From a virus (taxonomy: Duplodnaviria > Caudoviricetes), in IMG/VR virus record IMGVR_UViG_3300025276_000039, positions 1-54,755 of that record: 54,755 bases of DNA, one strand, 5' to 3'. Position 1 is the stretch's first letter; every line of letters starts with the position of its first letter. Positions 44,867 through 54,755 of the stretch are shown one piece after another. Below the pieces are notes generated by a model. It did not search any database. It saw nothing but the letters and a program-made list of their open reading frames with translations, and was not told the DNA's origin. Made by a program: the position numbers and the translations under genes.

Positions 44867-46000
44867 ATGAGTACAGAAGGCAACATGGAACAAGCAGTTA
44901 AAGATGCTGGTTTCGAAATAATGAGTGGTCCACCTGAAGGGATGGGCAGAGCACTGGAGGCTCCTGCTCCACAAGCAGCAGAAGTTTCTCCAAATAATAC
45001 ACCAGCCGAACCCGCTCCACAAACAGCGGCACCGGTTGAGCAAGCAACGCAGGAACCCGCGCCTGTACAAGAGCAAGTGGCACAACAACCACAACCTCAG
45101 GTAGAAAGCGGAAGTTCTATGACAAACGAACAATCTGTTTCGAAGTTAGATTTTTTAGACAGCCTTGGTTCTCCCGAAATGGGATCGCCCGCTGTACAAG
45201 AGTCTAGCCAAGTAGCAGAGGAAGCGTCAAATCTAGATCCTCGAATCCAAGTAATTGCTGATTTTGTAGAGAAGACAGGAAGAAACCCAGAAGATTGGTT
45301 TCGCTATCAGTCCTTAGAGCCGTCCGAAATGGATGACCGTACTGTAATGCGAGTCCACCTTGCAAGTGAATATCCTTCTTTAGGTAACGATGAAGTTGAT
45401 ACATTAATCAACTCCAAGTACAAAGTAGATGATGCATTATATAGTGAAGAGGAGACAAAGGTTTCAAAATTGCAACTGAAGATTGACGCACAAAAAGCCA
45501 GACAGTCTATTGACACACTCCGTAGTGAGTATGTTAGCCCGGCTGTTGAAGCGAATAATGATGGAAGTGAAGATGGTGGTAATCCATTTGATACGCCATG
45601 GATACAAGATAGCGGACGCTCGCTTGCAGGATTAGATAAAATATCTTTTGACCTGCCTAGTGGAAAAGAGTTTCACTATGGTGTATCTGAGACATATCGA
45701 AATGATTTAAACAAGTCTAACACTAACATGAATGAGTACTTTGAGAAGTACGTAGATGACGGTGGCTCTTGGGATCACGACCTCTGGAATATGCACAGGA
45801 CTGTTACAGACAACCTGCCTAGTATTATAGAGAATGTGTATCGACAAGGGATGAGCGATGGTCAAAGGGGGATAGTCGAAAAGGCTGCCAACATTGACGC
45901 GAGCGGACCAGCGGCACCGGTACAACCTCGGAACAACTCAGTTGCTAACCAGGTGCTTGATGCACTAGGAAGGCGACAACCATTTTTAAAGAATATATAA
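44867..46000 (+). CDS. Putative capsid scaffolding protein
   Basis: Disordered Pro/Gln/Glu-rich N-terminus, acidic helices; directly before the MCP gene. Confidence 0.7.
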   Translation: MSTEGNMEQAVKDAGFEIMSGPPEGMGRALEAPAPQAAEVSPNNTPAEPAPQTAAPVEQATQEPAPVQEQVAQQPQPQVESGSSMTNEQSVSKLDFLDSLGSPEMGSPAVQESSQVAEEASNLDPRIQVIADFVEKTGRNPEDWFRYQSLEPSEMDDRTVMRVHLASEYPSLGNDEVDTLINSKYKVDDALYSEEETKVSKLQLKIDAQKARQSIDTLRSEYVSPAVEANNDGSEDGGNPFDTPWIQDSGRSLAGLDKISFDLPSGKEFHYGVSETYRNDLNKSNTNMNEYFEKYVDDGGSWDHDLWNMHRTVTDNLPSIIENVYRQGMSDGQRGIVEKAANIDASGPAAPVQPRNNSVANQVLDALGRRQPFLKNI

Positions 46001-46018
46001 ATTTCAAAATAAACTATA

Positions 46019-47404
46019 ATGGCAAATACATTTCCTCCAGTTTTTAATGACAACAAGCCTGCTGTCTTTAGACAATTGGATCCAGCGAAATACTCTTCTT
46101 TAGGAGATTTCATTAACGAGATTAACGCTCCTGATAACAGGGATCAGTTAGTCAAAACTTATGGTTACCAGCAAATCTCTGGTGGCTTAACAGGATTTTT
46201 ATCCTTAACCGGTGCTATCAGAGCATCTGGAACGGCTGACGAAGTTCAGTACTGGGAAGAGACTAGATTGCATTCAACTGCAAAAGTTACTCCAACAGCC
46301 ACTGCTGCCGTCGCTGCAACAAGTGTTATCGCTACTAAAGCAACAACTGACGCTTCAGTTCTTCGTTTAAATGACGTAGTACTTATAGAGGGCCAGGATC
46401 GTTTTATCGTTGCTGCTATTTCCCCAACAGGAGAGATTGGCTTAACAGCGACTGCGACTTATACATTTGAATCATTAGCAACTACAGGACTTACTGGTTC
46501 AGGAAGTACTGCAACTGTTGAGATTCCTGTTATTGGTAACTTGTTCGGACAAGGAACTGATCAAAACAAAGGTTACTTAGAGAGTAACGTAATCAAGCGT
46601 ACTAACCCTTATAACATTATAAAGGAAGTATTCAAGGTTACAGGTTCTCAAGCAACTAACATTGGTTGGATCAACGTAGGTAACGGAGACTACAGATGGT
46701 ATGTTAAAGGAGAGATGGACACTCGTGCTCGTTTCTTAGACAAGCGTGAAATGATGATGCTTCTCGGTGAGAAGATTGGAAACGCTGCTAACTTAAATGC
46801 AAATGTTTCTACTATCACAGGTGGTGAGGGTTACTTCTCTGCTATCGAAAACAGAGGTATTGTTCATGACGGACAGATCGACGGATTCGACGAGTTAGAT
46901 GTTCTTATCGCAGAACTTGACAAGCAAGGCGCTGCTCCTGAGTACGCTATGTATGTTAATACTACACAAGGTCTAGCAATTGATGACATGGTAGCAACTA
47001 TGAATGGTGCTGCTGGATTCGGAGACGGAACTAATGGCATTAGTGCTTTTGGTGGTCGTGGTGCTGAGTTAGGATTCCAATCGTTTATTCGTGGAGGGTA
47101 TACTTTCCACAAGCATTCTTGGAAACTTCTTAACGATCCTACTTTGTTAGGTGCTGCGGATGCTAAGTACAGAGGTGCTATGATTCCTTTGACTACGGTT
47201 GTAGATCCAAAGACTGGCGATCGTGCTGCTGCTTTGGAACTTAACTACAAGGATACAAACGGATATAGCCGTGAGATGGAGCACTGGATGACTGGTTCTA
47301 TTTTAGGTGTCAATAATACAAATACTGACGACCTTCAATTTAACTATCGTTCTGAGTGTACTCTAGTTACTCGTGCTGCTAACCAGCATATCTTAATTAA
47401 GTAA
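46019..47404 (+). CDS. Major capsid protein
   Basis: 461 aa; YWEE.RL, N..NIIKE.F.V.GS, LGF.SF.RGGY.F.K; strongly biased codon use. Confidence 0.85.
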   Translation: MANTFPPVFNDNKPAVFRQLDPAKYSSLGDFINEINAPDNRDQLVKTYGYQQISGGLTGFLSLTGAIRASGTADEVQYWEETRLHSTAKVTPTATAAVAATSVIATKATTDASVLRLNDVVLIEGQDRFIVAAISPTGEIGLTATATYTFESLATTGLTGSGSTATVEIPVIGNLFGQGTDQNKGYLESNVIKRTNPYNIIKEVFKVTGSQATNIGWINVGNGDYRWYVKGEMDTRARFLDKREMMMLLGEKIGNAANLNANVSTITGGEGYFSAIENRGIVHDGQIDGFDELDVLIAELDKQGAAPEYAMYVNTTQGLAIDDMVATMNGAAGFGDGTNGISAFGGRGAELGFQSFIRGGYTFHKHSWKLLNDPTLLGAADAKYRGAMIPLTTVVDPKTGDRAAALELNYKDTNGYSREMEHWMTGSILGVNNTNTDDLQFNYRSECTLVTRAANQHILIK

Positions 47405-47427
47405 TCACTTATTGATTCTTAGGGAAC

Positions 47428-47448
47428 GGAGGGGGTTCTGCCCCCTCC
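47428..47448 (+). terminator. Strong hairpin after MCP (no U tract: stabiliser or weak terminator)
   Basis: GGAGGGGG-ttctg-CCCCCTCC. Confidence 0.6.
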
Positions 47449-47483
47449 TCACTCCCAAATAAACTTATTAATTATATTCAATT

Positions 47484-48305
47484 ATGTCACAAGAAAAAAC
47501 AAAAAGCGCACCTGCTGCGCCAAGAACAATAAAGGCCCCAGCGCCTCAGACCTCAAAAGGTCGATACTCCCCAATTAAAAAAGAAAGAACAAGAGATGAA
47601 ACAGTGGTCTTTGAGATCGTTAAAGGTGGAGGCATTATCTGTAAAATAAAATCCGAAATCCCTGTATACGATAAGGTCACAAAAAAAGTAAGACAGATTC
47701 GTTATTGTCCAGGAGAAACTAGTATTTTTAAGGATGAGCAAAGCACATCATCTGTTCGCTCTCATGTAGTATTTAGGGATGGTTTATTAAGCGTCCCAGA
47801 AGAAAAGGCTAACCTCAGAGAGTTCCTATATGCACACTCTTCTAACATAGGTAACGGAGGAGGCTTGTTTCGCATTGTTGATAACACCAGGAATACGGAG
47901 GCAGAGGTCAATAAAGAGTTCTTAGTTCATGACGCTGTAGCGTTAGTTCGTACAAAAGAACTTGATGAGATTCTAGCGGTTGCTGTTGCCTTAAATATTA
48001 ACATAGAGCAAAAGACTCTAGAGATAAGGAGAGAACTTCTTAGAGAGGCGAAGAGTAGTCCTGACGCTTTTATCAGAATGTTTGATGATCCTAGGGTTAA
48101 GGTTCGATCTGCGATTATTCAATCAAAAGATTTTCAAATAATCAAAATGAAAAACGACGGAGCGTATTGGTTCGACAGCGGTAACTTAATTCTTTCAGTT
48201 CCTCCTGGTCAAGATCCAATTGACGTTTTAGTAATGTTTTGTCTGACAGAAAAGGGTGCGACTTTGTATGAAGAAGTACTTGCCAGACTAGAAAAAATGG
48301 CCTAA
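47484..48305 (+). CDS. Conserved-looking protein downstream of MCP
   Basis: R.IRY...ETSIF.DEQ...VF.DG.L.V pattern. Confidence 0.7.
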   Translation: MSQEKTKSAPAAPRTIKAPAPQTSKGRYSPIKKERTRDETVVFEIVKGGGIICKIKSEIPVYDKVTKKVRQIRYCPGETSIFKDEQSTSSVRSHVVFRDGLLSVPEEKANLREFLYAHSSNIGNGGGLFRIVDNTRNTEAEVNKEFLVHDAVALVRTKELDEILAVAVALNINIEQKTLEIRRELLREAKSSPDAFIRMFDDPRVKVRSAIIQSKDFQIIKMKNDGAYWFDSGNLILSVPPGQDPIDVLVMFCLTEKGATLYEEVLARLEKMA

Positions 48306-48310
48306 GTTTG
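48280..48310 (+). promoter_or_regulatory. Promoter TTG-N20-TAAGTTTG for a candidate sRNA
   Basis: Both Bacteroidota elements at consensus spacing, with no ORF before the next terminator. Confidence 0.65.
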
Positions 48311-48314
48311 TAGG

Positions 48315-48398
48315 ACTACATGTAAATTTAGTGGACGTATAAGGATTTGGTTTTCCACGTTCCTACCAGAGGGGGTCTCGCAAGAACCCCCTTTGTTA
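48315..48398 (+). ncRNA. Candidate trans-acting antisense sRNA
   Basis: Stem GUGGA/UCCAC presents AUAAGGAUUUGGUUU; complementary to start regions at 19165, 19190, 20181 and 44791. Confidence 0.55.
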
Positions 48399-48400
48399 TT
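48370..48400 (+). terminator. Intrinsic terminator
   Basis: AGGGGGT-c-TC-GCAA-GA-ACCCCCT followed by TTGTTATTTT. Confidence 0.8.
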
Positions 48401-48404
48401 TTCG

Positions 48405-48412
48405 TATATTTG
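48405..48412 (+). promoter_or_regulatory. -7 element TATATTTG
   Basis: Restarts transcription for the tail operon just after the terminator. Confidence 0.7.
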
Positions 48413-48431
48413 CTAAAACGCCTAACAGATT

Positions 48432-49184
48432 ATGGCAAGTGTACAAAGAGTTTTCGACGCAGTAAAGAATATAGCAAACAAAGATCAGCGAGGTTTCGTC
48501 ACCCCTGCAATATTTAACCAGTTCGCTGGTGTCGCACAGATGAACGTGTTCAATCGTTTGTTTGGAGAGATTAGTATGGGTAATAGATTACGCAGATCTA
48601 ATATAGATGGGCCTAGAATATTTTCTAGATCAAAGACAGTCCTAGAGGACCTATCTGTTTTTTCTAAAAAAGTCACACTAAACCTGACCGCAGGCGCTGT
48701 GACTAAACCTTTAGATCTTGCTAGGGTTATTTCCATAAACACAATAGGTAAAAAAATACTAGGGGTAGAAGAGCAGGAACAAGTTCAATTGGTTTACAAT
48801 GAAGACCACATTGATAGAATACTCAACAGCGATCTTTCCGCTCCTTCAAACTCTGCCCCTGTAGCATTAATCGCTACAAGCATAGAGGTTTTTCCTAATG
48901 TAAACACCAGCATTAATAAGATAATTTTACGGTACTATAAGTTACCTGAAGGACTAGTTCCAACGACTCAAGCACAAACACCTTCGTCACCAAAGTTTGG
49001 TTATACAACGGTTGTAGCAGGGGTAGAGTTATATGACGCTTCAACAAGTGTAGACTTTGAATTACCAGAGCAATATTTTGCTGAGTTGGTTGAAGAGGTT
49101 CTAGTATTAGTAGGAGTTAATCTTAGAGATAAAGATGTTTACTCGTATGCAAGCAATGAAGTAACTAAAGAAAATAATTCTTAA
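48432..49184 (+). CDS. Tail ring/head-tail adaptor protein
   Basis: NKDQRG..TP..FN..A..AQ and DFELP pattern; position. Confidence 0.65.
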   Translation: MASVQRVFDAVKNIANKDQRGFVTPAIFNQFAGVAQMNVFNRLFGEISMGNRLRRSNIDGPRIFSRSKTVLEDLSVFSKKVTLNLTAGAVTKPLDLARVISINTIGKKILGVEEQEQVQLVYNEDHIDRILNSDLSAPSNSAPVALIATSIEVFPNVNTSINKIILRYYKLPEGLVPTTQAQTPSSPKFGYTTVVAGVELYDASTSVDFELPEQYFAELVEEVLVLVGVNLRDKDVYSYASNEVTKENNS

Positions 49185-49927
49185 TGAGTCAGAATTACAT
49201 AGCCCTGGATTACGTTGTCAATGATTACATAATGAGCATTGATGATGATGACTATGGAGCAACACCTGCCGATTACATGGTACGCCAGTATGCGTTACGT
49301 GGTATTCGAGAGTTCGGGTTTGACATAAGTCATAATATCAAGACAGAAATATTAGATGTAAACGAAAACCTGGGAACGGTAGAACTTCCCTGTGATTATG
49401 TTGACATGGTAAAACTGGGACAGTTAGGAGCAGATGGCTTAGTCTATGTGTTTGCCAATAACCCAAACATGAACCTATTAAATAACCAGCCGGCAGAAAC
49501 AATGCCGAATTATCTTTTAGGATTTGACTCTTATGTTTTCCAGAACTTCATGTATGAGTCTACTCAGGGTAGATTATATGGAATGGGGGGAGGACAAGGT
49601 GCCGGGGAGTACAGAATAAATCTTAATGAAAATCGTATAGAGATATCTGCTATTTCATCAACAACCAAGGTGGTCTTAGAGTATATATCAGATGAGGCTA
49701 AATCACAAAACCCTTGTGTGCCAGTAATGGCAGAGCAGGCATTGAGAGCCTATATATATTTAAAGATTATAGAGAGAAAATCTAGCGTACCATTAGGAGA
49801 GAAACAACGCGCACGTGCAGAATATTTCAACGAAAGAAGATTAGCGAATTCACGCATGAAGTCATTCAATAAGTTTGATGCACTTAGTGTGAGCAGGCAA
49901 AACTTTGTTCTTAGTCCTAAATCTTAA
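49184..49927 (+). CDS. Tail ring/tubular protein
   Basis: LP.DYV...KL and VVLEYISD pattern; precedes the nozzle gene. Confidence 0.65.
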   Translation: MSQNYIALDYVVNDYIMSIDDDDYGATPADYMVRQYALRGIREFGFDISHNIKTEILDVNENLGTVELPCDYVDMVKLGQLGADGLVYVFANNPNMNLLNNQPAETMPNYLLGFDSYVFQNFMYESTQGRLYGMGGGQGAGEYRINLNENRIEISAISSTTKVVLEYISDEAKSQNPCVPVMAEQALRAYIYLKIIERKSSVPLGEKQRARAEYFNERRLANSRMKSFNKFDALSVSRQNFVLSPKS

Positions 49928-49929
49928 CC

Positions 49930-52900
49930 ATGCCAAGAATAAATAAGTTACTACCTAGGTATCTCAACACAGACGACGACGAGCGCCTAATCAAAAGGAC
50001 AGAGATGACGGACGCTCAAAACGTAAGGGTTGCTGTTGATGTGGAGAAAGATTCTTTAGTACTTAAAAACGCCTGGGGAAATACTCTGAGATCAGGTACT
50101 ATTCAAAATGGATCGTCTCTCACAGGTACCAGTGTAACTATTGGTGTTGTTGCTGACGATAACACTAGTCAAATATATTACTTCGTTTATAATTCAAATC
50201 TAGATCATACTATATTTAGATACGATCAAAACTCAAAACAAACATTCATAGTATTTCGAAACTCAATTCTTCAATTCTCCGAGGATGGGTTTATAGATGC
50301 GGATCTAATAAGGTTAGCGAATAACGATATACTTATTTACTTTAACGACGGACGCAGTGCCCCTAAAAAAATCAACGCTACTCTTTGTGAGGAAAGTGTT
50401 AGTGGGGTTGGTGGTTATCCTACAAAATTTACCACAGGAACCGTCCAAGAAAGACTTCAATATATAACAGCGGCCAAAGCACCACCTTTGTCACCGCCTA
50501 CTCTTGAGTTTAAAAACAATCCATCGTTTCCACAGAATGATATTTTCACTAAGAACTTTCAGTTCGCTTATCAGTATGAATATTTTGATGGGGAACAGAG
50601 TGCGTTAAGTCCTTACTCTGAATTGTCTGTTGCGCCAAATCAACTTAAGGATGGATTCAATAATCAGGGACAACAAAACTTTTTCAATCAAATAAATATT
50701 GGGGTTCTTAATAGCGTTGCTGATGTAAGCCGTCTTAAGATTTATGGTAGAGTTGGAGACAGAGATGCGGCTTTCTTTTTAATAGATACTATAGATAATA
50801 TTAACGGTACCACAAAAAGCATTATTCGGTTTAGAAATGACACTAACTATATTGGTCTTAGTGCTACTGTCCAGGACAAAGTGTTTGACAATGTTCCCCA
50901 AGTTGCTGACTCTCAGGCTATAGCCAACGGAAGGCTGTACTATGGAGGATATACGGAAGGGTATAACCCTACGTCTACAAACATTAGTCTGCTACCTAAC
51001 TATAACGCTAGGCCATCCACTGATGACATAACGATACAGGCTTATGCTGGTACAGACAACGAATTTACAATAGACACGACGGCTCTAACCCTTCCCATAG
51101 CAGAAGCAAGTACATTGTTTTTATCCTTTACATGGAATGACGGTGCTGTAATAATAAAAAATACTTTAGGAAATAATAATGACTATAATTTTTTAGCAGT
51201 AGAGGGTGCTAATTTTATATCGTTAAGAAACGATGTAAATAATTCTCTTGCTACAACATTTCCAGAGGAAATAAAAGCCCTTGCAGGTTTAAGAACCGAC
51301 AGATTTCTTGGGGGTACAGAAATAAATGCCCCTAATGGTGTTTTAAATAGCCCTCCTAATCTAAGATTTGTCGTGCAAAAGGGAACCTCAGATACAAAAG
51401 AAAAAGATATTGGCGTTAGAAAGATAAAGAAAGGGATTCGCGTTATAAGTTCAGGGGTTCAGTTCAGAGAAACAATTGAACTTGCAGCCGGAGACGATAG
51501 AGTTACTATTGTACAAAAGATAAGGAACGCTATAGCAAAGAATCGTCCTATAAGTTTTGACCCTCAGTCTGGCGAGGCCGGCTTTAGTGTTTTGCGAACT
51601 GGAGGTCAAACAAGTTCTAATCAAGAGAACGCATCCTTTAAAGGTCAAGGAGTTGCTTTCCCTATGCAACAAAATCAAACCGAATCAGATACTACAGGTA
51701 TACTAAGGTTTAGAATAAAACTAGAGAAAGTAACATTCAGTATAAACAAACTTACTTTTGGGGATCAAGAAACTGAACTAATAGAGCCAAAGGGTATTGC
51801 CTCAACATTCGATATAATTGAAGGGTCAATGAACAATGCGGGTCAAACTAATGCATTAATTTTTGGTAACCCTCCACAATTTACTCCAACAATTGGAGGG
51901 CAATTTATTAAAATGACACAACAATTTGCTAACCTAAGAGGAGGTAATGTTGTAAGAAATGGTTCTTATGTATCTACCGGTGGTTGTTTTGTGGTTGCCA
52001 ATGATCAAATGTTTGGCGATAGATGTTTTAAATCTGGTTCAACCCATCAATTTGGTATTCTTCATTTTGATGACAGAGGGAGAGCGGGAAGTGTTGAGCC
52101 TATAAGTAATGAAGTATTTGTTGATCACACAAACAATAGGGCCAGCGAAGATGATAACGATGGCTTTGCTAACGTTGTGGCAAGACTAATCAATCCTGCA
52201 CCTTACTGGGCATCTACATATTCAATTGTGTACGCTGGTCAAGGAAGTATCATTAACAAAGTGCAGTACACAATAGGGGGCGCATACGTTGCAACAAACG
52301 ACAATAGCAACGAAGGTTCATTCGGTGCCACAAAGTCCATCTACCTGTCGCTAAACACCCTTCAGAGCAAAGCAAACTCCTATGACAATCAAATGGGAGC
52401 ACAGATTAATTACGGATACGCCTCAGGGGACATTTTAAGGATTGTTCAATACGGTAGTAGTCCGGTCGAAAAATCTACAAAAGAGTGGAGGGTGTCTAAA
52501 GTGGTTAGTCTTTTAGCGGACCCTTTAACTAATCCTCTTTTAGATCAGAGTAGTAAGGCGGCTATAGAAAATACTACAGGAGATTTTCTGGTTATAGAAG
52601 ACAACGGCACATTGGGTTTTAATTATAACAGTATATCTAAGAACAGTAGCAACTGGGATAAGGAATGCTTGATAGAAGTTTATCGCCCATCAAAAGCATT
52701 TGAGGATTTATTTTATTATGAGATAGGGGTTAACGGTACGGTCGACTCTAGTCAATCGTATAGTACTCAAAGGTCTTCAACCACCACAAGTATAAAACTT
52801 ATTTCTCCACCATCCGTAGGAGATGGTAAGTCGTTTCAGTTCTTTTCCTCAGAGCAACTATATAAGGGAGACGTGATAGCGAATGGTGGTAACGAAATAA

Positions 52901-54755
52901 CAGTAGGTAACGTATCAGAAGACACCTCTGAAACAGGGTTTTTGTACGAATGTTATGGGGTCTCAAATTTTAACTGGGCAACAGATACGGCTATTAGTAT
53001 GACGGTTACAAATCCCGACGCTGTTCTTAGTTTTAGCCAGGGAGATTCTTACTTTAGATTAAGAACACTGTTCACAGGTTCGGCACCAACAGCGGGAGAT
53101 ACCTGGAAGAATATTGCCACTGCATTTTCTCAAAATTCTATTGTAGAGTTCATAGAGGATCCGAGGGTTAGTGACTTCTTCCCTTCTAACTTTACATCGT
53201 TAGGTCGTCGATTCGCTTACCTTCCTAATGAAAGAAGGATCAAAAGATTTGGCTCCTTAACCTGGTCTGATACGTTTGATATAGACAGTCTCACGCTGGG
53301 TCTATCTTCTTTTAATATTACTCAGATAAATTATGTGAACCTATCCTATGATTATGGTTCAATAAAGGCGTTGGTTTCTTATAATCAAATCATGTATGTT
53401 ATTCATGAGAGAAGAGCCGGTATTGTTCCAGTGGATAGGAATCTATTAACCGCTCCAGCAGGAGATACGTTAACAGCGACTAATAAAGTCGTAGGTCCAG
53501 TTAAATATTATGCCGCAGAATATGGGTGCAACGACAACGCAGAGTCTGTAGCGACATATAGGGGTAGTGTATTCTTCGTTGACGCAAAGGCAGGAAAGGT
53601 TTGTAAAATAAATTTTGATACAGGAATCCAGGTTGTAAGTGAACAACTTATGGACTCATTCTTTAAGTCTAAAATGTTTTCCTCCTCTGCTAGTGCAATG
53701 AATCGTAAGTATATCGGAGGAATGGACAGAGAGAATAATGAGTACATCATTAGTTCCCCTGCATTAAGTACCTCAACAATAACCATTGTAGACAATTTAA
53801 CATCTGAGTTGTCGGCTACCACCGTAACAGGATTAGGAAGGACAAACGCAGGGGGTACTACAATAGAAGTAACCCCTGTCTATAATAATGAACTCACGTT
53901 TGATTGGAGTTCAGATCCTAGAGATTTCTCAGTAAGTCAGGACAAAGCAGACAAGTCCGGAGAGGCTTTGCTGATTGTTAATCAATTAACGAATACCCCA
54001 ATTGTAGCGATCGCTGAAGATTTAGAGCCAGCACAAAATAGTAGCGCATCTCTAAACACCGCTATAGAACTTCCTTTATTAACGTCTTCATTTAGTGCAT
54101 TTACTCCTGGAGAGTTTAACCAACAGACTGGAGCGGTTTCTATATCTGCATCAAGTGCTAGTTCTTCAGGAACCATTACTAACACAGCAGAAACACTCCC
54201 AGCATTCACTGTTGCGTATGATGTTCGTAGCGATTTTTGGAGTACGAGATATTCGTATATAGCCGAACAATTAACAGGACTATCTGACAGGTTGTATACC
54301 TTTAAAGATGGACAGATCTATGAGCATGAACCAACAGCCGCTAGAAATACTTTTTATGGAGTTGCTTCCCCATCTATTGTAGAGGTAGTATCTAACTATA
54401 ACCCATCTATGGTCAAAGTATATGAGGCGGTAAGTTTAGAGGGAAATAATAAAGATTGGAGTGCGGAAATAACCAACACGGATCAAACAAGTGCTCTGGC
54501 CAATTCTATATGGCAAGAGAAAGAAGGTTTTTATTACGCACCAATCCATCAAGACTCTAATAACACGGTATCTTACACAGCAACAGCGGACATCACTAAA
54601 GTAAATGGAACATCAGAGGTCTTTTCTCTAGGCGTTGTAGACTCAACGAGTACGAATGTAATAACATTTAAAAACGCTATAAACAATATGTCCTTTCCAC
54701 TAGGAAATAGTACGGCTTTGTTTAAAGTAGACACCTCTTCAAAGGCATTAGTACC
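49930..54755 (+). CDS. Tail nozzle/stabilisation protein (~1688 aa, ends at 630 across the origin)
   Basis: MPRINKLLPRYLNTDDDERL...DAQNVRV start; frame runs off the window end in frame with the 43..630 ORF; FAYQYEY.DGE.S..SP and YG.I.A-type motifs. Confidence 0.85.
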   Translation, partial: MPRINKLLPRYLNTDDDERLIKRTEMTDAQNVRVAVDVEKDSLVLKNAWGNTLRSGTIQNGSSLTGTSVTIGVVADDNTSQIYYFVYNSNLDHTIFRYDQNSKQTFIVFRNSILQFSEDGFIDADLIRLANNDILIYFNDGRSAPKKINATLCEESVSGVGGYPTKFTTGTVQERLQYITAAKAPPLSPPTLEFKNNPSFPQNDIFTKNFQFAYQYEYFDGEQSALSPYSELSVAPNQLKDGFNNQGQQNFFNQINIGVLNSVADVSRLKIYGRVGDRDAAFFLIDTIDNINGTTKSIIRFRNDTNYIGLSATVQDKVFDNVPQVADSQAIANGRLYYGGYTEGYNPTSTNISLLPNYNARPSTDDITIQAYAGTDNEFTIDTTALTLPIAEASTLFLSFTWNDGAVIIKNTLGNNNDYNFLAVEGANFISLRNDVNNSLATTFPEEIKALAGLRTDRFLGGTEINAPNGVLNSPPNLRFVVQKGTSDTKEKDIGVRKIKKGIRVISSGVQFRETIELAAGDDRVTIVQKIRNAIAKNRPISFDPQSGEAGFSVLRTGGQTSSNQENASFKGQGVAFPMQQNQTESDTTGILRFRIKLEKVTFSINKLTFGDQETELIEPKGIASTFDIIEGSMNNAGQTNALIFGNPPQFTPTIGGQFIKMTQQFANLRGGNVVRNGSYVSTGGCFVVANDQMFGDRCFKSGSTHQFGILHFDDRGRAGSVEPISNEVFVDHTNNRASEDDNDGFANVVARLINPAPYWASTYSIVYAGQGSIINKVQYTIGGAYVATNDNSNEGSFGATKSIYLSLNTLQSKANSYDNQMGAQINYGYASGDILRIVQYGSSPVEKSTKEWRVSKVVSLLADPLTNPLLDQSSKAAIENTTGDFLVIEDNGTLGFNYNSISKNSSNWDKECLIEVYRPSKAFEDLFYYEIGVNGTVDSSQSYSTQRSSTTTSIKLISPPSVGDGKSFQFFSSEQLYKGDVIANGGNEITVGNVSEDTSETGFLYECYGVSNFNWATDTAISMTVTNPDAVLSFSQGDSYFRLRTLFTGSAPTAGDTWKNIATAFSQNSIVEFIEDPRVSDFFPSNFTSLGRRFAYLPNERRIKRFGSLTWSDTFDIDSLTLGLSSFNITQINYVNLSYDYGSIKALVSYNQIMYVIHERRAGIVPVDRNLLTAPAGDTLTATNKVVGPVKYYAAEYGCNDNAESVATYRGSVFFVDAKAGKVCKINFDTGIQVVSEQLMDSFFKSKMFSSSASAMNRKYIGGMDRENNEYIISSPALSTSTITIVDNLTSELSATTVTGLGRTNAGGTTIEVTPVYNNELTFDWSSDPRDFSVSQDKADKSGEALLIVNQLTNTPIVAIAEDLEPAQNSSASLNTAIELPLLTSSFSAFTPGEFNQQTGAVSISASSASSSGTITNTAETLPAFTVAYDVRSDFWSTRYSYIAEQLTGLSDRLYTFKDGQIYEHEPTAARNTFYGVASPSIVEVVSNYNPSMVKVYEAVSLEGNNKDWSAEITNTDQTSALANSIWQEKEGFYYAPIHQDSNNTVSYTATADITKVNGTSEVFSLGVVDSTSTNVITFKNAINNMSFPLGNSTALFKVDTSSKALV
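54367..54755. repeat. Direct terminal repeat / circular overlap, right copy
   Basis: Starts tccccatctattgtag at 54367 and ends gcattagtacc; implies a 54,366-bp unit genome. Confidence 0.97.

Noticed and set aside
49930-54755. Apparent 4.8-kb gap in the + strand ORF track
   Set aside because: It is one open frame running off the window end and continuing through the repeat to 630.
1-54755. Stop-codon reassignment, DGR/retron, integrase, tRNAs, virion RNA polymerase
   Set aside because: Genes are intact in the standard code, and I recognised no RT, recombinase, cloverleaf or DxDxD polymerase motif by eye; HMM and tRNAscan runs would be needed to exclude divergent cases.

Overview
Apparently complete ~54,366-bp genome of a lytic, short-tailed dsDNA phage, linearised with a 389-bp end overlap (1..389 = 54367..54755, 5 mismatches). 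The many TAnnTTTG (-7) promoters and A-rich, SD-less start sites point to a Bacteroidota (probably Flavobacteriia) host. The + strand carries the packaging and virion genes: tandem GroES-like protein, TerS/TerL, portal, collagen fibre with modification enzymes, scaffold, MCP, tail ring proteins, a ~1688-aa nozzle gene that wraps the origin and is missing from the ORF track, three ejection proteins and a u-spanin. The - strand (10.7-24.5 kb) carries replication/recombination genes, small early genes and an amidase. I saw no DNA polymerase, RNA polymerase, integrase, tRNA or CRISPR array. Best leads: (1) a Lys-rich, Pro-poor collagen fibre next to a GT4/GT25/PLOD-like lysyl-hydroxylase fusion and two methyltransferases, i.e. 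a candidate animal-style collagen hydroxylysine-glycosylation pathway; (2) two hammerhead ribozymes that bracket one early ORF; (3) a promoter- and terminator-bounded ~80-nt RNA whose loop is antisense to the start regions of several minus-strand genes; (4) an A_AAA_AAG -1 frameshift candidate; (5) a recurring 'GG' motif in unrelated proteins. All calls come from reading motifs by eye; no database search was run.
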